A stretch of 64,000 nt of DNA from an uncultured virus (IMG/VR IMGVR_UViG_2806310702_000001) (IMGVR_UViG_2806310702_000001); one strand, 5' to 3'. Counted from the first letter of the stretch, positions 30,402 to 40,197 are shown. Program-made: numbers and translations. Notes: a model not told the origin generated them from the letters alone.

Positions 30402-30998
30402 ATGGCACAATTATATTATAAATACGGAGTATTAAACTCAGCTAAATCAGCAAATTTAATAATGGCAGTACATAATTATGATAAAAAGAATAGAAAGGTT
30501 GTAGTATTAAAACCTAAGATAGACACTAGATCCAAACCTAATATTGTTGAAAGTAGAGTGGGAATTTCCCATGCATGTATTGACTTCGATAAGAATAAAA
30601 ATTTATTTGAATTAGTTAATGCGTTAAATTCTAAAGATACTATTGATGCAGTATTTGTTGAAGAAGTTCAATTTATCACTAAGGAACAGGCTAAACAGTT
30701 ACATAAAATAGTACATGAATTAAATATACCAACCTTAGGGTATGGACTAAAAAATACATATATAGATGGAGAATTGTTTGAAGGAAGTGAAGCTATGCTA
30801 TTCTATGCAGATAAAATAGAAGAAATTAAAGATATATGTGAATACTGTAATAAAAAGGCTACTCAAAATTTAAGAGTGGTAAATGGAGAGCCTATATATA
30901 AAGGAGAAACAATACAAATAGGTGATGTAAATAGTAATGTAGAGGAATACTATGTTCCCGTATGTGGTTATCACTATTACCATCCAGAGTTAAAGTAG
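30402..30998 (+). CDS. tdk: thymidine kinase
   Basis: YGVLNSAKS, DTR, SRVG, EEVQF, YGL, C-terminal Zn Cys. Confidence 0.92.
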   Translation: MAQLYYKYGVLNSAKSANLIMAVHNYDKKNRKVVVLKPKIDTRSKPNIVESRVGISHACIDFDKNKNLFELVNALNSKDTIDAVFVEEVQFITKEQAKQLHKIVHELNIPTLGYGLKNTYIDGELFEGSEAMLFYADKIEEIKDICEYCNKKATQNLRVVNGEPIYKGETIQIGDVNSNVEEYYVPVCGYHYYHPELK

Positions 30999-31063
30999 AT
31001 TGTAAGATAAAAATAAATTAAAGTATAATTATATATTATTAACAATTAAGGAGATGGGTATGT

Positions 31064-31306
31064 ATGCAAGAGAACATAGCATTTTGTCCTAAATGTAAGA
31101 GAAAAGTTCAATACATAATACGAAAAAATATAGTAGAGGAATATAAAGGTGTTGAAGTAAATGTAAAAGAAAATATTGGTGTTTGTAGTCAATGTAATGA
31201 GGACGTTTTTGTAACGGAATTAGAAACTGATAATCTTAAAAGATTATACCAAAAGTATGAAGAAATAACAGGTATTAAGATAAAATCCAAACTTGCAAAC
31301 CCTTGA
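31064..31306 (+). CDS. YgiT/MqsA-type zinc-finger protein
   Basis: CPKC...EEYKG...CSQCNE; no HTH. Confidence 0.7.
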   Translation: MQENIAFCPKCKRKVQYIIRKNIVEEYKGVEVNVKENIGVCSQCNEDVFVTELETDNLKRLYQKYEEITGIKIKSKLANP

Positions 31307-31323
31307 TATATAAGGGTTTGCAA
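31292..31323. terminator. hairpin
   Basis: TTGCAAACCCTTG-ATATA-TAAGGGTTTGCAA. Confidence 0.6.
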
Positions 31324-31400
31324 AACACCAAAACACAATAAAAGAATACTTTTATATAAAGTTAAATTAAGATAAATATAAAATTGAAAGGATTGATTAG

Positions 31401-33437
31401 ATGGCAGATTTAAAACGACTTAAAGGTTCTGAAAGAGTAAGGAAAAGAGTGTCTGTAATGATGGGATCAGATGATATTCGAGGTTGTCAGCATACACTAT
31501 TTGAAATAGTAAGTAATAGTATAGATAGACACCGTAAAGGATTTGGAGATTACATAAAAGTCATTAAACATAAAGATTTAAGTTATACAATAATTGACCA
31601 TGCAGATGGTTTGCCTATGGATTGGAATGAAAAAGAACATGCTTATAACTGGGATTTAGCTTTAAAAGTTTTATATGCGGGAGACAACTATGATGCAAAT
31701 TCTACTGCATTAGGAATAAATGGTCTAGGATTGTGTAGTTCTCAGTATGCTTCTGAATTTATGGAGGTTATATCTTATAAAGAAGATAAAAAATATACTG
31801 TTAAATGTAAAAAAGGTAGACCTATTGATAAGGAAACAGGAGAATTTATATGTGAAGATGATGATACTTTATTCACTAGAGAACAAGGTCAAAGAGTATT
31901 ATTAGTAGAATCGAATTCAGAAAATAAAACAGGTACATATATACATTATAAACCCGATTTAGAGGTATTCACGAATATAGATATATCAATAGATTGGATT
32001 AATGACAAATTAGATAAACAAGCTATGGTTAATAAAGGGTTAAAAATAGAAATTTATGATGAAAAGGAAGATAAGTTATATACTCATTTTTATGAAAGTG
32101 GGATAAAGGATTATATTAAGACTATTTCAAATGATAATAACTTTAGTGATGTTATTTATTTTACTGACAAAGGGAAAGGGAGGGATAAAGCAGATAAACC
32201 AGAATATGATTATAATTATGAAATTGCTTTAGTATTCAATAATGAAATTAATAGATTGGAATATTATCATAACAGTTCAGAATTATTACAAGGTGGCTCA
32301 ACTTCTGATGCTATTAGTTTGGCTTTTACATATGCAATAAATGAATATGCTAAAGATAATAATGTATTTAATAAGAATGAAAGTAAAATAAAATTTACTG
32401 ATATACAAGATAGTTTAATATGTGTAATTTCCAGTTTTTCAACTATGACAAGTTATGCTAACCAGACAAAATTAAGTATAGATAATAAATTTATAAAAGA
32501 CTTTACAAATCAATCATTAAAAGAAAGATTAAAATTATATTTCATAGAAAACAAACTCGAAGCTGATAGAATTGTTAATCAAATATTAATTAATAAGCGT
32601 GCCAATGACAAAGCTGAAAAGTCAAAAATTGAGATTAGGAATAAATTACAACAATCAAATAAAAAAGGATTATCATTAAAAATTGAAGGATTAAAAGATT
32701 GTGATATGAGAAATAGTCAATTAGAAGAAAGAATTTTACTTGTAGATGAAGGAGTTTCACCTAATAGTACAATAATAAAAAGTTTTGATGGTAGAATTAT
32801 GGGTGCTATGGGACTAAGAGGTCGATTTATTAACGCATTGAAATCATCTGTGACAGATGTTTTAAAGAATGTTCCTGCTCATACACTTATAACAGCATTA
32901 GGCTGTGGAATAGAAATACCATACGAAGAAAGAAAAATATTTAAAGATATACAAACATTTAATTTAGATAATCTAAGATATGGTTCTGTAGGTATTTTAT
33001 GTGATGCTGACGCTTTTGGTAAAGGTATTAATTTAGCATTAATCACTTTCTTTTATAAATTTATCCCTACTTTATTAAAACAAGGTAGAGTATTCCTTGT
33101 TAAATCTCCAAGATTCTGTATTACAACTAAAAAAGATACTTTTTATGCTTATGATGAAAATGAAAAAAATACTATTATTCAAGACTTGCAATCAAAAGGT
33201 ATCAAATATGATATAGGTATAAAAAAAGGATTGGGAGAATTTAATACAGACGAGTTTTGGACATATGTACTTTCACCTGAAGCTAGAGAGAAAACATTTA
33301 TACAATTAGATTACAATACAGTTGAAGAAGATATTATAAAGTATTACTTTGATGCTTTAATGGGTGAAGACATAGCTGAAAGAAAAAAATATATTAGAGA
33401 ACATATTACAAATGTTGATTTAAATGAATTAGATTAG
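31401..33437 (+). CDS. type IIA topoisomerase B subunit (GyrB/ParE-like)
   Basis: EIVSNSID, GINGLG, TOPRIM DEG/DAD, KGLGE. Confidence 0.92.
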   Translation: MADLKRLKGSERVRKRVSVMMGSDDIRGCQHTLFEIVSNSIDRHRKGFGDYIKVIKHKDLSYTIIDHADGLPMDWNEKEHAYNWDLALKVLYAGDNYDANSTALGINGLGLCSSQYASEFMEVISYKEDKKYTVKCKKGRPIDKETGEFICEDDDTLFTREQGQRVLLVESNSENKTGTYIHYKPDLEVFTNIDISIDWINDKLDKQAMVNKGLKIEIYDEKEDKLYTHFYESGIKDYIKTISNDNNFSDVIYFTDKGKGRDKADKPEYDYNYEIALVFNNEINRLEYYHNSSELLQGGSTSDAISLAFTYAINEYAKDNNVFNKNESKIKFTDIQDSLICVISSFSTMTSYANQTKLSIDNKFIKDFTNQSLKERLKLYFIENKLEADRIVNQILINKRANDKAEKSKIEIRNKLQQSNKKGLSLKIEGLKDCDMRNSQLEERILLVDEGVSPNSTIIKSFDGRIMGAMGLRGRFINALKSSVTDVLKNVPAHTLITALGCGIEIPYEERKIFKDIQTFNLDNLRYGSVGILCDADAFGKGINLALITFFYKFIPTLLKQGRVFLVKSPRFCITTKKDTFYAYDENEKNTIIQDLQSKGIKYDIGIKKGLGEFNTDEFWTYVLSPEAREKTFIQLDYNTVEEDIIKYYFDALMGEDIAERKKYIREHITNVDLNELD

Positions 33438-33451
33438 AAGGGAAGGATTAT

Positions 33452-35710
33452 ATGATAAAAAGAGATTTACCACTTGTTTTACAAGATGAATTCATAGGAT
33501 TTGCTAGTGAAGTTATAGTTAATAACTTGCCTTCTATTGATGGGTTGCTACCTGTTAATAGAAAAGTATTATGGGCATTACATAGAAACAAAGTAACACC
33601 AGATAAAAATTATATTAAATTATTGAGGGCTTCATCAATGAGTATGGTTTATTATATTTTTGGTGATATACCACTAACTACTGCAATGAAGAATATGGCT
33701 AATAATGGTGTTAAATACTTTTACTTAGATCCTAAAGGTAGTTTTGGCGATAAACAAAGTAAAACAGGAAAAGGTGCTTCACCTCGTTATATCGAATGTA
33801 GATTATCTAAATACTCAACGGATATTCTTAAAAGTATTGATAAAAATATAGTTCCGATGAAACGTAACTTTGATGATACTGAAGATGAACCAATTGTTTT
33901 ACCAAGTATGATACCTAACGTACTCATTAATACATCTCAAAGCATTGCAGTTGGTTTAGCAAGTAAAATCGCAGGTCACAACCTAATTGATACGTGTGAT
34001 AGTATTATAAACTACATACAAACTAAAGACATAGATAAGTCTATAGATATAATTAAATGCCCCGATTTACCTTTGGGTGGCAAAGTAATATATGATAAAA
34101 ATATATTTGATAAAATATATAAAACTGGACATGGAAGTTTTACTCTACTTGGCAAACATAAAATTAAAGAGTGTGATAAATACAATATATTTTCGATATA
34201 TGAAATACCATACGAAACTACAATAGAAGATATTGAAAACAAATTAAGAGAAAAATGTGATAAAGGGTTATTCAAAGAAATTATAGATATACATGACGCT
34301 AGTGATAGAAAGGGAATTCAATTAGATATATATTTAAAGAAAAATACAAACCTTAAACAATTTATATCTAAATTAAGAAAATATACACCCTATGAAAGTA
34401 AATTCCCATGTAATTTTACTATACTAGACTTAGATGGTAAGACACCTTTACTTATGTCCTTACAAGATATATTTGATAGATGGATACAGCATAGAGTTAA
34501 TTGTATTAAAAATGAAATGCTATATGACGTGAAAAAATATAGCGAAGAATTAAATAAACTAAATGGCTTAAAAATTATTAACAATGAGTTGGATAAAGCT
34601 ATTCAGATAATAAGATCTTCTAAAACAGAAAAAGTTGCAATTGAGGAGTTGATTAAATGCTTTAAATTAAACAAAGAACAGGCTGAATATATAGCGACTA
34701 TTCGATTGGTTAATATTAATCAAGATTGGATATTAAATAAATTACAAAATATTGATGAATTATCAAGTAATGTAAATAAATTAAACACTGATTATAATTC
34801 AGAACAAACAATAAAAGAAATTATTATTTCTCAACTTGAAGAAGTTAAAAAGAAATTCGGTAAACCTAGAAGGACAGAAATTATTTACGAAGATGAAATA
34901 GCTGACGTATCTCATGAAGATTTAGTAGAAGACTTCAATCCTACTTTAGTTCTTACAGAACAACAATACATAAAGAAAAATAGAGTATTTTCTCAATCGC
35001 AAAAATTAAAAGATGATGATAAGATATTACAATTTTATCAATGTAATAATAAAGATGATTTATTACTATTCACTAATAAGGGTAATGTGTTGATCCGTAA
35101 AGTATATGAATTAGATGAACATAAACCATCAACATATGGTGACTTCTTACCTAATTTATTGGGTGAATATCTTCAAGATGATGAAAAGATAATTTATATA
35201 TCAACCACTAAAGATTATAAAGGTTCGGTTATTGCAGTATTTGAAAATGGTAATGTAGCTAAAATAGATTTACAAGCATATAAATCTAAACAAAATAGAC
35301 AAATTCCAATGAGTGCCTATAATACAGATAGTAATTTAATATCAATAGCTGTTATAACAACTGATGTAGATGTTCTTCTAGTATCACAAGAAGGTAAAGC
35401 ATTAATTATAAACACATCTCAACTTAGACCAACTAAATCAAGAAACACTCAAGGTGTAGTAGGCATGAAAATTGATCCTGAAGATAATAAAGTTATAGGT
35501 TCTATTATAGGTGTAACAGTAGATGATAACTTTAATATTGAAACTGAAAAAGGTAAATCTAAATTCATTATGCTTAACGATATAGCTCCAAATGGTAAAG
35601 AATCTATGACTGAATATTTAAAAGGTAATAGAAATACTCAAGGTAATTTCATATATAATACAAGACAGAAAAATGATAAAGTAATTAAATTAACTCAACC
35701 AGAGAATTAA
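33452..35710 (+). CDS. type IIA topoisomerase A subunit (GyrA/ParC-like)
   Basis: DGLLPVNRK, PRYIECRL with catalytic Tyr, CPDLP, beta-pinwheel blades. Confidence 0.92.
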   Translation: MIKRDLPLVLQDEFIGFASEVIVNNLPSIDGLLPVNRKVLWALHRNKVTPDKNYIKLLRASSMSMVYYIFGDIPLTTAMKNMANNGVKYFYLDPKGSFGDKQSKTGKGASPRYIECRLSKYSTDILKSIDKNIVPMKRNFDDTEDEPIVLPSMIPNVLINTSQSIAVGLASKIAGHNLIDTCDSIINYIQTKDIDKSIDIIKCPDLPLGGKVIYDKNIFDKIYKTGHGSFTLLGKHKIKECDKYNIFSIYEIPYETTIEDIENKLREKCDKGLFKEIIDIHDASDRKGIQLDIYLKKNTNLKQFISKLRKYTPYESKFPCNFTILDLDGKTPLLMSLQDIFDRWIQHRVNCIKNEMLYDVKKYSEELNKLNGLKIINNELDKAIQIIRSSKTEKVAIEELIKCFKLNKEQAEYIATIRLVNINQDWILNKLQNIDELSSNVNKLNTDYNSEQTIKEIIISQLEEVKKKFGKPRRTEIIYEDEIADVSHEDLVEDFNPTLVLTEQQYIKKNRVFSQSQKLKDDDKILQFYQCNNKDDLLLFTNKGNVLIRKVYELDEHKPSTYGDFLPNLLGEYLQDDEKIIYISTTKDYKGSVIAVFENGNVAKIDLQAYKSKQNRQIPMSAYNTDSNLISIAVITTDVDVLLVSQEGKALIINTSQLRPTKSRNTQGVVGMKIDPEDNKVIGSIIGVTVDDNFNIETEKGKSKFIMLNDIAPNGKESMTEYLKGNRNTQGNFIYNTRQKNDKVIKLTQPEN

Positions 35711-35822
35711 TAAAATTACTAAAATTAAATTAAATTAAAAGAATAAATTAGTTTACAAAAAATAAAAAATCCCCTATACAATAAAAATAATTATATAGGG
35801 GATGAAAGGTGGTTTATAAGTA

Positions 35823-36491
35823 ATGGAAAACATAAATATACATAATAAAAACTTAGAAATAATATGTGACATGGATGATGTATTGGTTAATTTATCTGAA
35901 TTTGTAGTAAATCAATACAACAAAGATTTTAATGATAATATGAATTGGCGAGATAACAAATCTTATTGGTGGGGAGATTGTAAGAAAGCACCTAAATCAT
36001 ATTTTGAACAATTATTACTTAAAAAAGGTACTTTCATTAATCCTAAGCCAACAGAAAATGCAATTGAAACGTTAAATAAATTACATGAAGAAGGCTTTAA
36101 AATAATATTCTGTACTTACCCTCAATACGATTCTGATTATTGTATAAAAGAAAAGATACAGTGGTTACAACAATACTTTAAATGGTTTGATATAGACAAG
36201 CATTTAGTATTCACCTATAATAAAGAATTATTAGCCAAATCAAATAGAATATTGCTTGATGATAATTTAGATCATATATTTTCTTTTATAAATAATGGAG
36301 GAACAGGTTGCATATTTAATCAAGGTTGGAATGAAGTAATCAACAGAAGATTTATAGGATATAGAATCAAGAAATTTGAGGAGTTATATACCGTAGTACA
36401 TAACTTAGAAAATGAATTGTCAACTAAAAAATGTTATAAAACAAATATATTAAAAGAAATTAGTTTTCATAATAAGTATTATGTTAAATAA
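35823..36491 (+). CDS. 5'(3')-deoxyribonucleotidase (HAD, NT5C-like)
   Basis: DMDDVL, EKIQWL, LLDDN, WN. Confidence 0.85.
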   Translation: MENINIHNKNLEIICDMDDVLVNLSEFVVNQYNKDFNDNMNWRDNKSYWWGDCKKAPKSYFEQLLLKKGTFINPKPTENAIETLNKLHEEGFKIIFCTYPQYDSDYCIKEKIQWLQQYFKWFDIDKHLVFTYNKELLAKSNRILLDDNLDHIFSFINNGGTGCIFNQGWNEVINRRFIGYRIKKFEELYTVVHNLENELSTKKCYKTNILKEISFHNKYYVK

Positions 36492-36519
36492 ATTTTCAAT
36501 GTAAACTTTATACTTACAT

Positions 36520-37011
36520 ATGCGATTTAAAAAATTATATAAAAGGAGATGTTGCTTTATTAGTAATAATATCAAACAAAAACAATATATTTTAATTATA
36601 GATGATGCTTTATTGCAAGAATATGAGAAAGTTTATTTTAAAAAACATCCTAGAGCTAAGAATAAACCAATTAAAAGCCCAATCCATCCATCAATCAATG
36701 TGTGGGCAATTAATAGAATGGTAATGAGAAATATGAAAAATCAATGGAAGGAGTTTGGATTATGGCTAGTCAATAAATTAGGATATGCGAATTTACATAT
36801 AGAAAAGTTTCAAATTACAATGAAAAATTATTACTCTAATAGAAGACGTAGAGACAACGATAATCAAAGCCCAAAATTCCTATTAGACCCTTTAGTTGAA
36901 AGTGGAATGTTAGTAGATGATGATTATAAGCATTTGAATCCTTTAATTATAATGGGATTTTATGATAAAGAACATCCTAGAATGGAAATTATTATTGATG
37001 TTTTAGAATAA
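36520..37011 (+). CDS. rusA: RusA-like Holliday junction resolvase (start probably ATT 36559)
   Basis: PSIN, RRRDNDN..KFLLDPLV..G..DDD. Confidence 0.8.
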   Translation: MRFKKLYKRRCCFISNNIKQKQYILIIDDALLQEYEKVYFKKHPRAKNKPIKSPIHPSINVWAINRMVMRNMKNQWKEFGLWLVNKLGYANLHIEKFQITMKNYYSNRRRRDNDNQSPKFLLDPLVESGMLVDDDYKHLNPLIIMGFYDKEHPRMEIIIDVLE

Positions 37012-37037
37012 AGATAATAAAACTTAATGTATACATA

Positions 37038-37145
37038 TTGAAATATTTTACATATTGTATTATAATAAATATAGAGCCTTTTACACATAAGGACTCTTGC
37101 AAATTTATGTTCTTAGGACTAGGGAAATATTCTCTAGTCCTTTTT
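37038..37145 (+). ncRNA. small RNA unit A (promoter plus about 73-nt RNA)
   Basis: TTGAAA-17-TATAAT; 5' hairpin; terminator AGGACTAGGGA/TCTCTAGTCCT + T5. Confidence 0.6.
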
Positions 37146-37161
37146 AAATTAATTGCAATTA

Positions 37162-37285
37162 TTATATTTTTATTGTATTTAGGGTATAATAATAGTATCT
37201 TTCATGAGGATTATTAATCCTATACGACTTATTGTCGTATCAGAAGAGGGTAAGGAGTGGTGTCCTTATACCTCTTTAATTTTTT
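37162..37285 (+). ncRNA. small RNA unit B (promoter plus about 90-nt RNA)
   Basis: TATAAT 37185-37190; two short hairpins; terminator with GTGGTG loop + T tract. Confidence 0.6.
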
Positions 37286-37326
37286 AACTGATATATTTAT
37301 CACTGCATAATGTAAAAAATAGTGGC

Positions 37327-37505
37327 TATAATTAGCTACGTATAATATACTATTTATATATTTGTTTAATTCAATTGATTAAATATTTTAAATTTTTCAT
37401 ACGCAATATTATTTTTATGACTGTCTTTAATGACTGTTTTTTTGCGTAAATTTCATACAACAAATAAAGAAGATAGGGCGTGGTGTCTTTATCTTCTTTA
37501 TTTAA
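37327..37505 (+). ncRNA. small RNA unit C
   Basis: TATAAT boxes at 37327 and 37341; TACGCAA/TTGCGTA stem around a duplicated ATGACTGT; terminator with GTGGT loop. Confidence 0.45.
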
Positions 37506-37544
37506 TATTAAGCAAAATATTTTATTCGTATTTTTATTATAATG

Positions 37545-37718
37545 TTATCATATTCTAAAAATGTGATATAATAATAAATGTAATATCATTAAGTATCAGA
37601 AGATATTTTCTCCTGATACTTACGGAGGTCTCACCGTTTTATTGATATTAGTTATTTAATTTTATGTAACATGGAAAAGAAGAGTAGGTATTATTGCTTA
37701 CTATTTTTTTCCTATGTA
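37545..37718 (+). ncRNA. small RNA unit D (three-way junction)
   Basis: TGn-TATAAT 37564-37572; TAATATCA/TGATATTA encloses two hairpins; terminal hairpin 37670-37716. Confidence 0.55.
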
Positions 37719-37785
37719 CTTATTTATTAAATCCAAACATGATAAAATTCCTGTTTTATTATTAATTTAGTTATCTTTCTTATAA

Positions 37786-38154
37786 TCATTTAGCAAAGAA
37801 ATATTGTGCTATCATAACTCCTATACCAATAATCGTTCCTAATACTCCCCAAAATTCCTTTCTATCTGTAAGTTTAATATTATTATCAGTTTGGATTGTA
37901 GATTTAAATGTGGAAGTCAAAGCGTCCGTTACCTTATTCATCATTAATTCATCAGATTTACGATTCTCTTTCTGGGTTTCATACATTAAATTCTTGAGTT
38001 CCAGTTGACCTTTTGAAATTTCATTTAACTGTAACTCCATTTTAATATTGGACTCCTCTAACTTCCTTATTCTAATTTCATGTTCTTTAATTGCACTTTT
38101 ATTATTTTCAATATCATCCTGTGTTCTTTGTTGCCATAATTCTTCGCTATTCAT
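37786..38154 (-). CDS. holin-like / XhlA-like protein
   Basis: HEIRIRKLEE coiled coil plus C-terminal TM; AAAGGAGG SD before ATG 38154. Confidence 0.6.
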   Translation of the reverse strand: MNSEELWQQRTQDDIENNKSAIKEHEIRIRKLEESNIKMELQLNEISKGQLELKNLMYETQKENRKSDELMMNKVTDALTSTFKSTIQTDNNIKLTDRKEFWGVLGTIIGIGVMIAQYFFAK

Positions 38155-38210
38155 AATAAAACCTCCTTTCTTTGTTACGATGTTTTTCAATTTGATTTTA
38201 TAATGTAGAG

Positions 38211-39164
38211 TTAAATAAGTTCATATTTATCTTTTTCATTAATCATTTTTTGAGTGTCTTCTTTAATATAGAACTTTTTAGTTACGTCCAAGCCTTCATG
38301 ATGAAGCAATGAAGATACTCTTTCTATTGGCATACCTGCGTTTTTTAATAGGGTAGCCCCTGAATGTCTCCAATCATGACAATGTAGAGTTGGCACACCT
38401 ATCATTTCACCGACTTTTTTAGTCCATTTACTTAAGGTTGATGTATTAACATTGGAGTATCCTTTATTATATTTTGATATAAATACATATTCACTCTCTA
38501 TATTATTTTCTTTTCTTATACTTTGTAATTGTAATAATAATTCTTTAACTTCTTTGTTAAAATATAAGTCAACGATTTTTCCTTCCTTTTCAAGAACATC
38601 ACCAATAATTCTATTTTCAAAATCAATTTGTTCCCATTTTATATTAGAAATTGCATTAACTCTTGCCATCGTAGATAAACTTAATAATACATACGTTTCG
38701 AGTTGTATGTCTCCATGATCTTTTAATTTTCTTTTTATTTGTTCGACTTGGTCTTTGGTTAAAAATGTTTGAGTTACAACATCAGTATCCTTTCTTGGTC
38801 TATCTATAAATTCCATGGGATTCTCTTTGATTATTCTTTTCTTTCTTAAAAATTTATAAAAAGCTGATATTGACGCCATTCTTCTTTTCATACGTCTACT
38901 ATTGTTACCTTGTTGTTTACAGAAGTATAGAAATTCCATAATATCATCTTCATTTAATTCAGTAATACATTGATTGAATTGTTTGTCTAATATATAAGTA
39001 AACCAATTATATAAATCCATTTCATAGTTATAAATAGTTTTTTCGCTTAATTCACGAATGGACATATCTATTTTATACTTATTTAAATATTTCATGGTAT
39101 CTTTGTTAAATTCCTTAATTTTTTCTTCATTATAAAAATTAATTTTTTTACTTCTTTCTGCCAT
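38211..39164 (-). CDS. tyrosine recombinase (XerC/D-like)
   Basis: MARV (R), EKEGK (K), HDWRH, LHH, C-terminal Y; SAM-like N-domain. Confidence 0.9.
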   Translation of the reverse strand: MAERSKKINFYNEEKIKEFNKDTMKYLNKYKIDMSIRELSEKTIYNYEMDLYNWFTYILDKQFNQCITELNEDDIMEFLYFCKQQGNNSRRMKRRMASISAFYKFLRKKRIIKENPMEFIDRPRKDTDVVTQTFLTKDQVEQIKRKLKDHGDIQLETYVLLSLSTMARVNAISNIKWEQIDFENRIIGDVLEKEGKIVDLYFNKEVKELLLQLQSIRKENNIESEYVFISKYNKGYSNVNTSTLSKWTKKVGEMIGVPTLHCHDWRHSGATLLKNAGMPIERVSSLLHHEGLDVTKKFYIKEDTQKMINEKDKYELI

Positions 39165-39211
39165 TGTTTAATCACTCCTAAATATTTTTATATTTAAATC
39201 ATTTGTTTTAA

Positions 39212-39415
39212 TTAAATCTTATTATCGTTCTTAAATCTTGGATTATTTCTTTTCCATTTTTGTAAATCTTGATCCAATGCAAAATCCCATATAAACACCC
39301 AAAATGCTTTTAAGTTTCTTGGATATAATCCTTTAAATAGATATTCATAGCCTTTTTCTTTTAACCAATCTTTTTGATTCTTGCTAAAACATCTATATAC
39401 TATTTTTTCATTCAT
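39212..39415 (-). CDS. small basic phage protein
   Basis: AAGGAAGGTGA SD; YRCFS..KDWL..G..Y....FWVF pattern. Confidence 0.7.
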   Translation of the reverse strand: MNEKIVYRCFSKNQKDWLKEKGYEYLFKGLYPRNLKAFWVFIWDFALDQDLQKWKRNNPRFKNDNKI

Positions 39416-39672
39416 TTTAATCACCTTCCTTTTAGGTTAAAAAAATAGCCCTAACCCACTAGTATCAATGGTTTAGGACTTGTCCACTTTACAAGACATA
39501 ACCACCGTTATGTCTTGTATGTAATTTTATTTATGCTTGATATTTCAAAAATCGATTTATATGATTTTACAATTTTCAAAATAAATTCAACTTGGTAAAT
39601 ATACATTTAAATGATATTTAAAATTTAATTTATAATATAATTGATACTATAATTTTTATAATAATACTGAAT

Positions 39673-39836
39673 TTGACAATAAATTGTATGTGGTATATAA
39701 TTGAAGATATTATATATGGTTTATATTATATAATATACATTTATACATTCTCTGATTTTGTTTATATTCTTTAAAATTTTATACGAATTTATCATTAAAA
39801 CAAATACCTCTAGTATTAATTTACTAGAGGTATTAT
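39673..39836 (+). ncRNA. candidate ORF-less transcript (about 130 nt) from a consensus promoter
   Basis: TTGACA-17-TATAAT at 39673-39701; ends at hairpin 39803-39836. Confidence 0.5.
39803..39836. terminator. bidirectional terminator
   Basis: AATACCTCTAGTA-TTAATT-TACTAGAGGTATT. Confidence 0.75.
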
Positions 39837-39846
39837 TCGTAGATGC

Positions 39847-40179
39847 TTACATTATTAATATTAAGCAATTAATAATGAATTCTAATAAGCCAAACATTAC
39901 GACTTCCCATTTTTTTAAATATTTAGGTTTTCTAATAAGAAAAAATATCATAATCATAATTGATATAAAAGCAGTCAATACCCATACAATATCATATTCG
40001 CTATAATCTGAATAATAACCACCACACAATAAGCCATACCCAAAGAATCCTGATAAGCATATAAATACGGCTTCTAATTTATCTATAAAATACACTTTCT
40101 TGCACATGAAAAATATAGTTCCAATTAAAAATAATGTTGATATACCTAGAAAAAAATAACCTAAATCCAATAAACACAT
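39847..40179 (-). CDS. small multi-TM membrane protein
   Basis: Four hydrophobic segments; AAAGGA SD. Confidence 0.65.
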   Translation of the reverse strand: MCLLDLGYFFLGISTLFLIGTIFFMCKKVYFIDKLEAVFICLSGFFGYGLLCGGYYSDYSEYDIVWVLTAFISIMIMIFFLIRKPKYLKKWEVVMFGLLEFIINCLILIM

Positions 40180-40197
40180 TCCTTTCGTTTTTAATCT

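Noticed and set aside
119..34584. Minus-strand ORFs inside + strand genes (e.g. 1489-1713, 4056-4385, 15485-15823, 28724-29068)
   Set aside because: Antisense shadows of well-supported genes; no SD or motifs
37030..37720. CRISPR array or type III antitoxin repeat array
   Set aside because: Units are not sequence repeats; only a short loop motif is shared, and no cas or toxN gene is nearby
39425..39670. attP/dif site or replication origin next to the tyrosine recombinase
   Set aside because: Hairpins and AT-rich DNA are present, but no recognisable dif consensus, iterons or junction with host DNA
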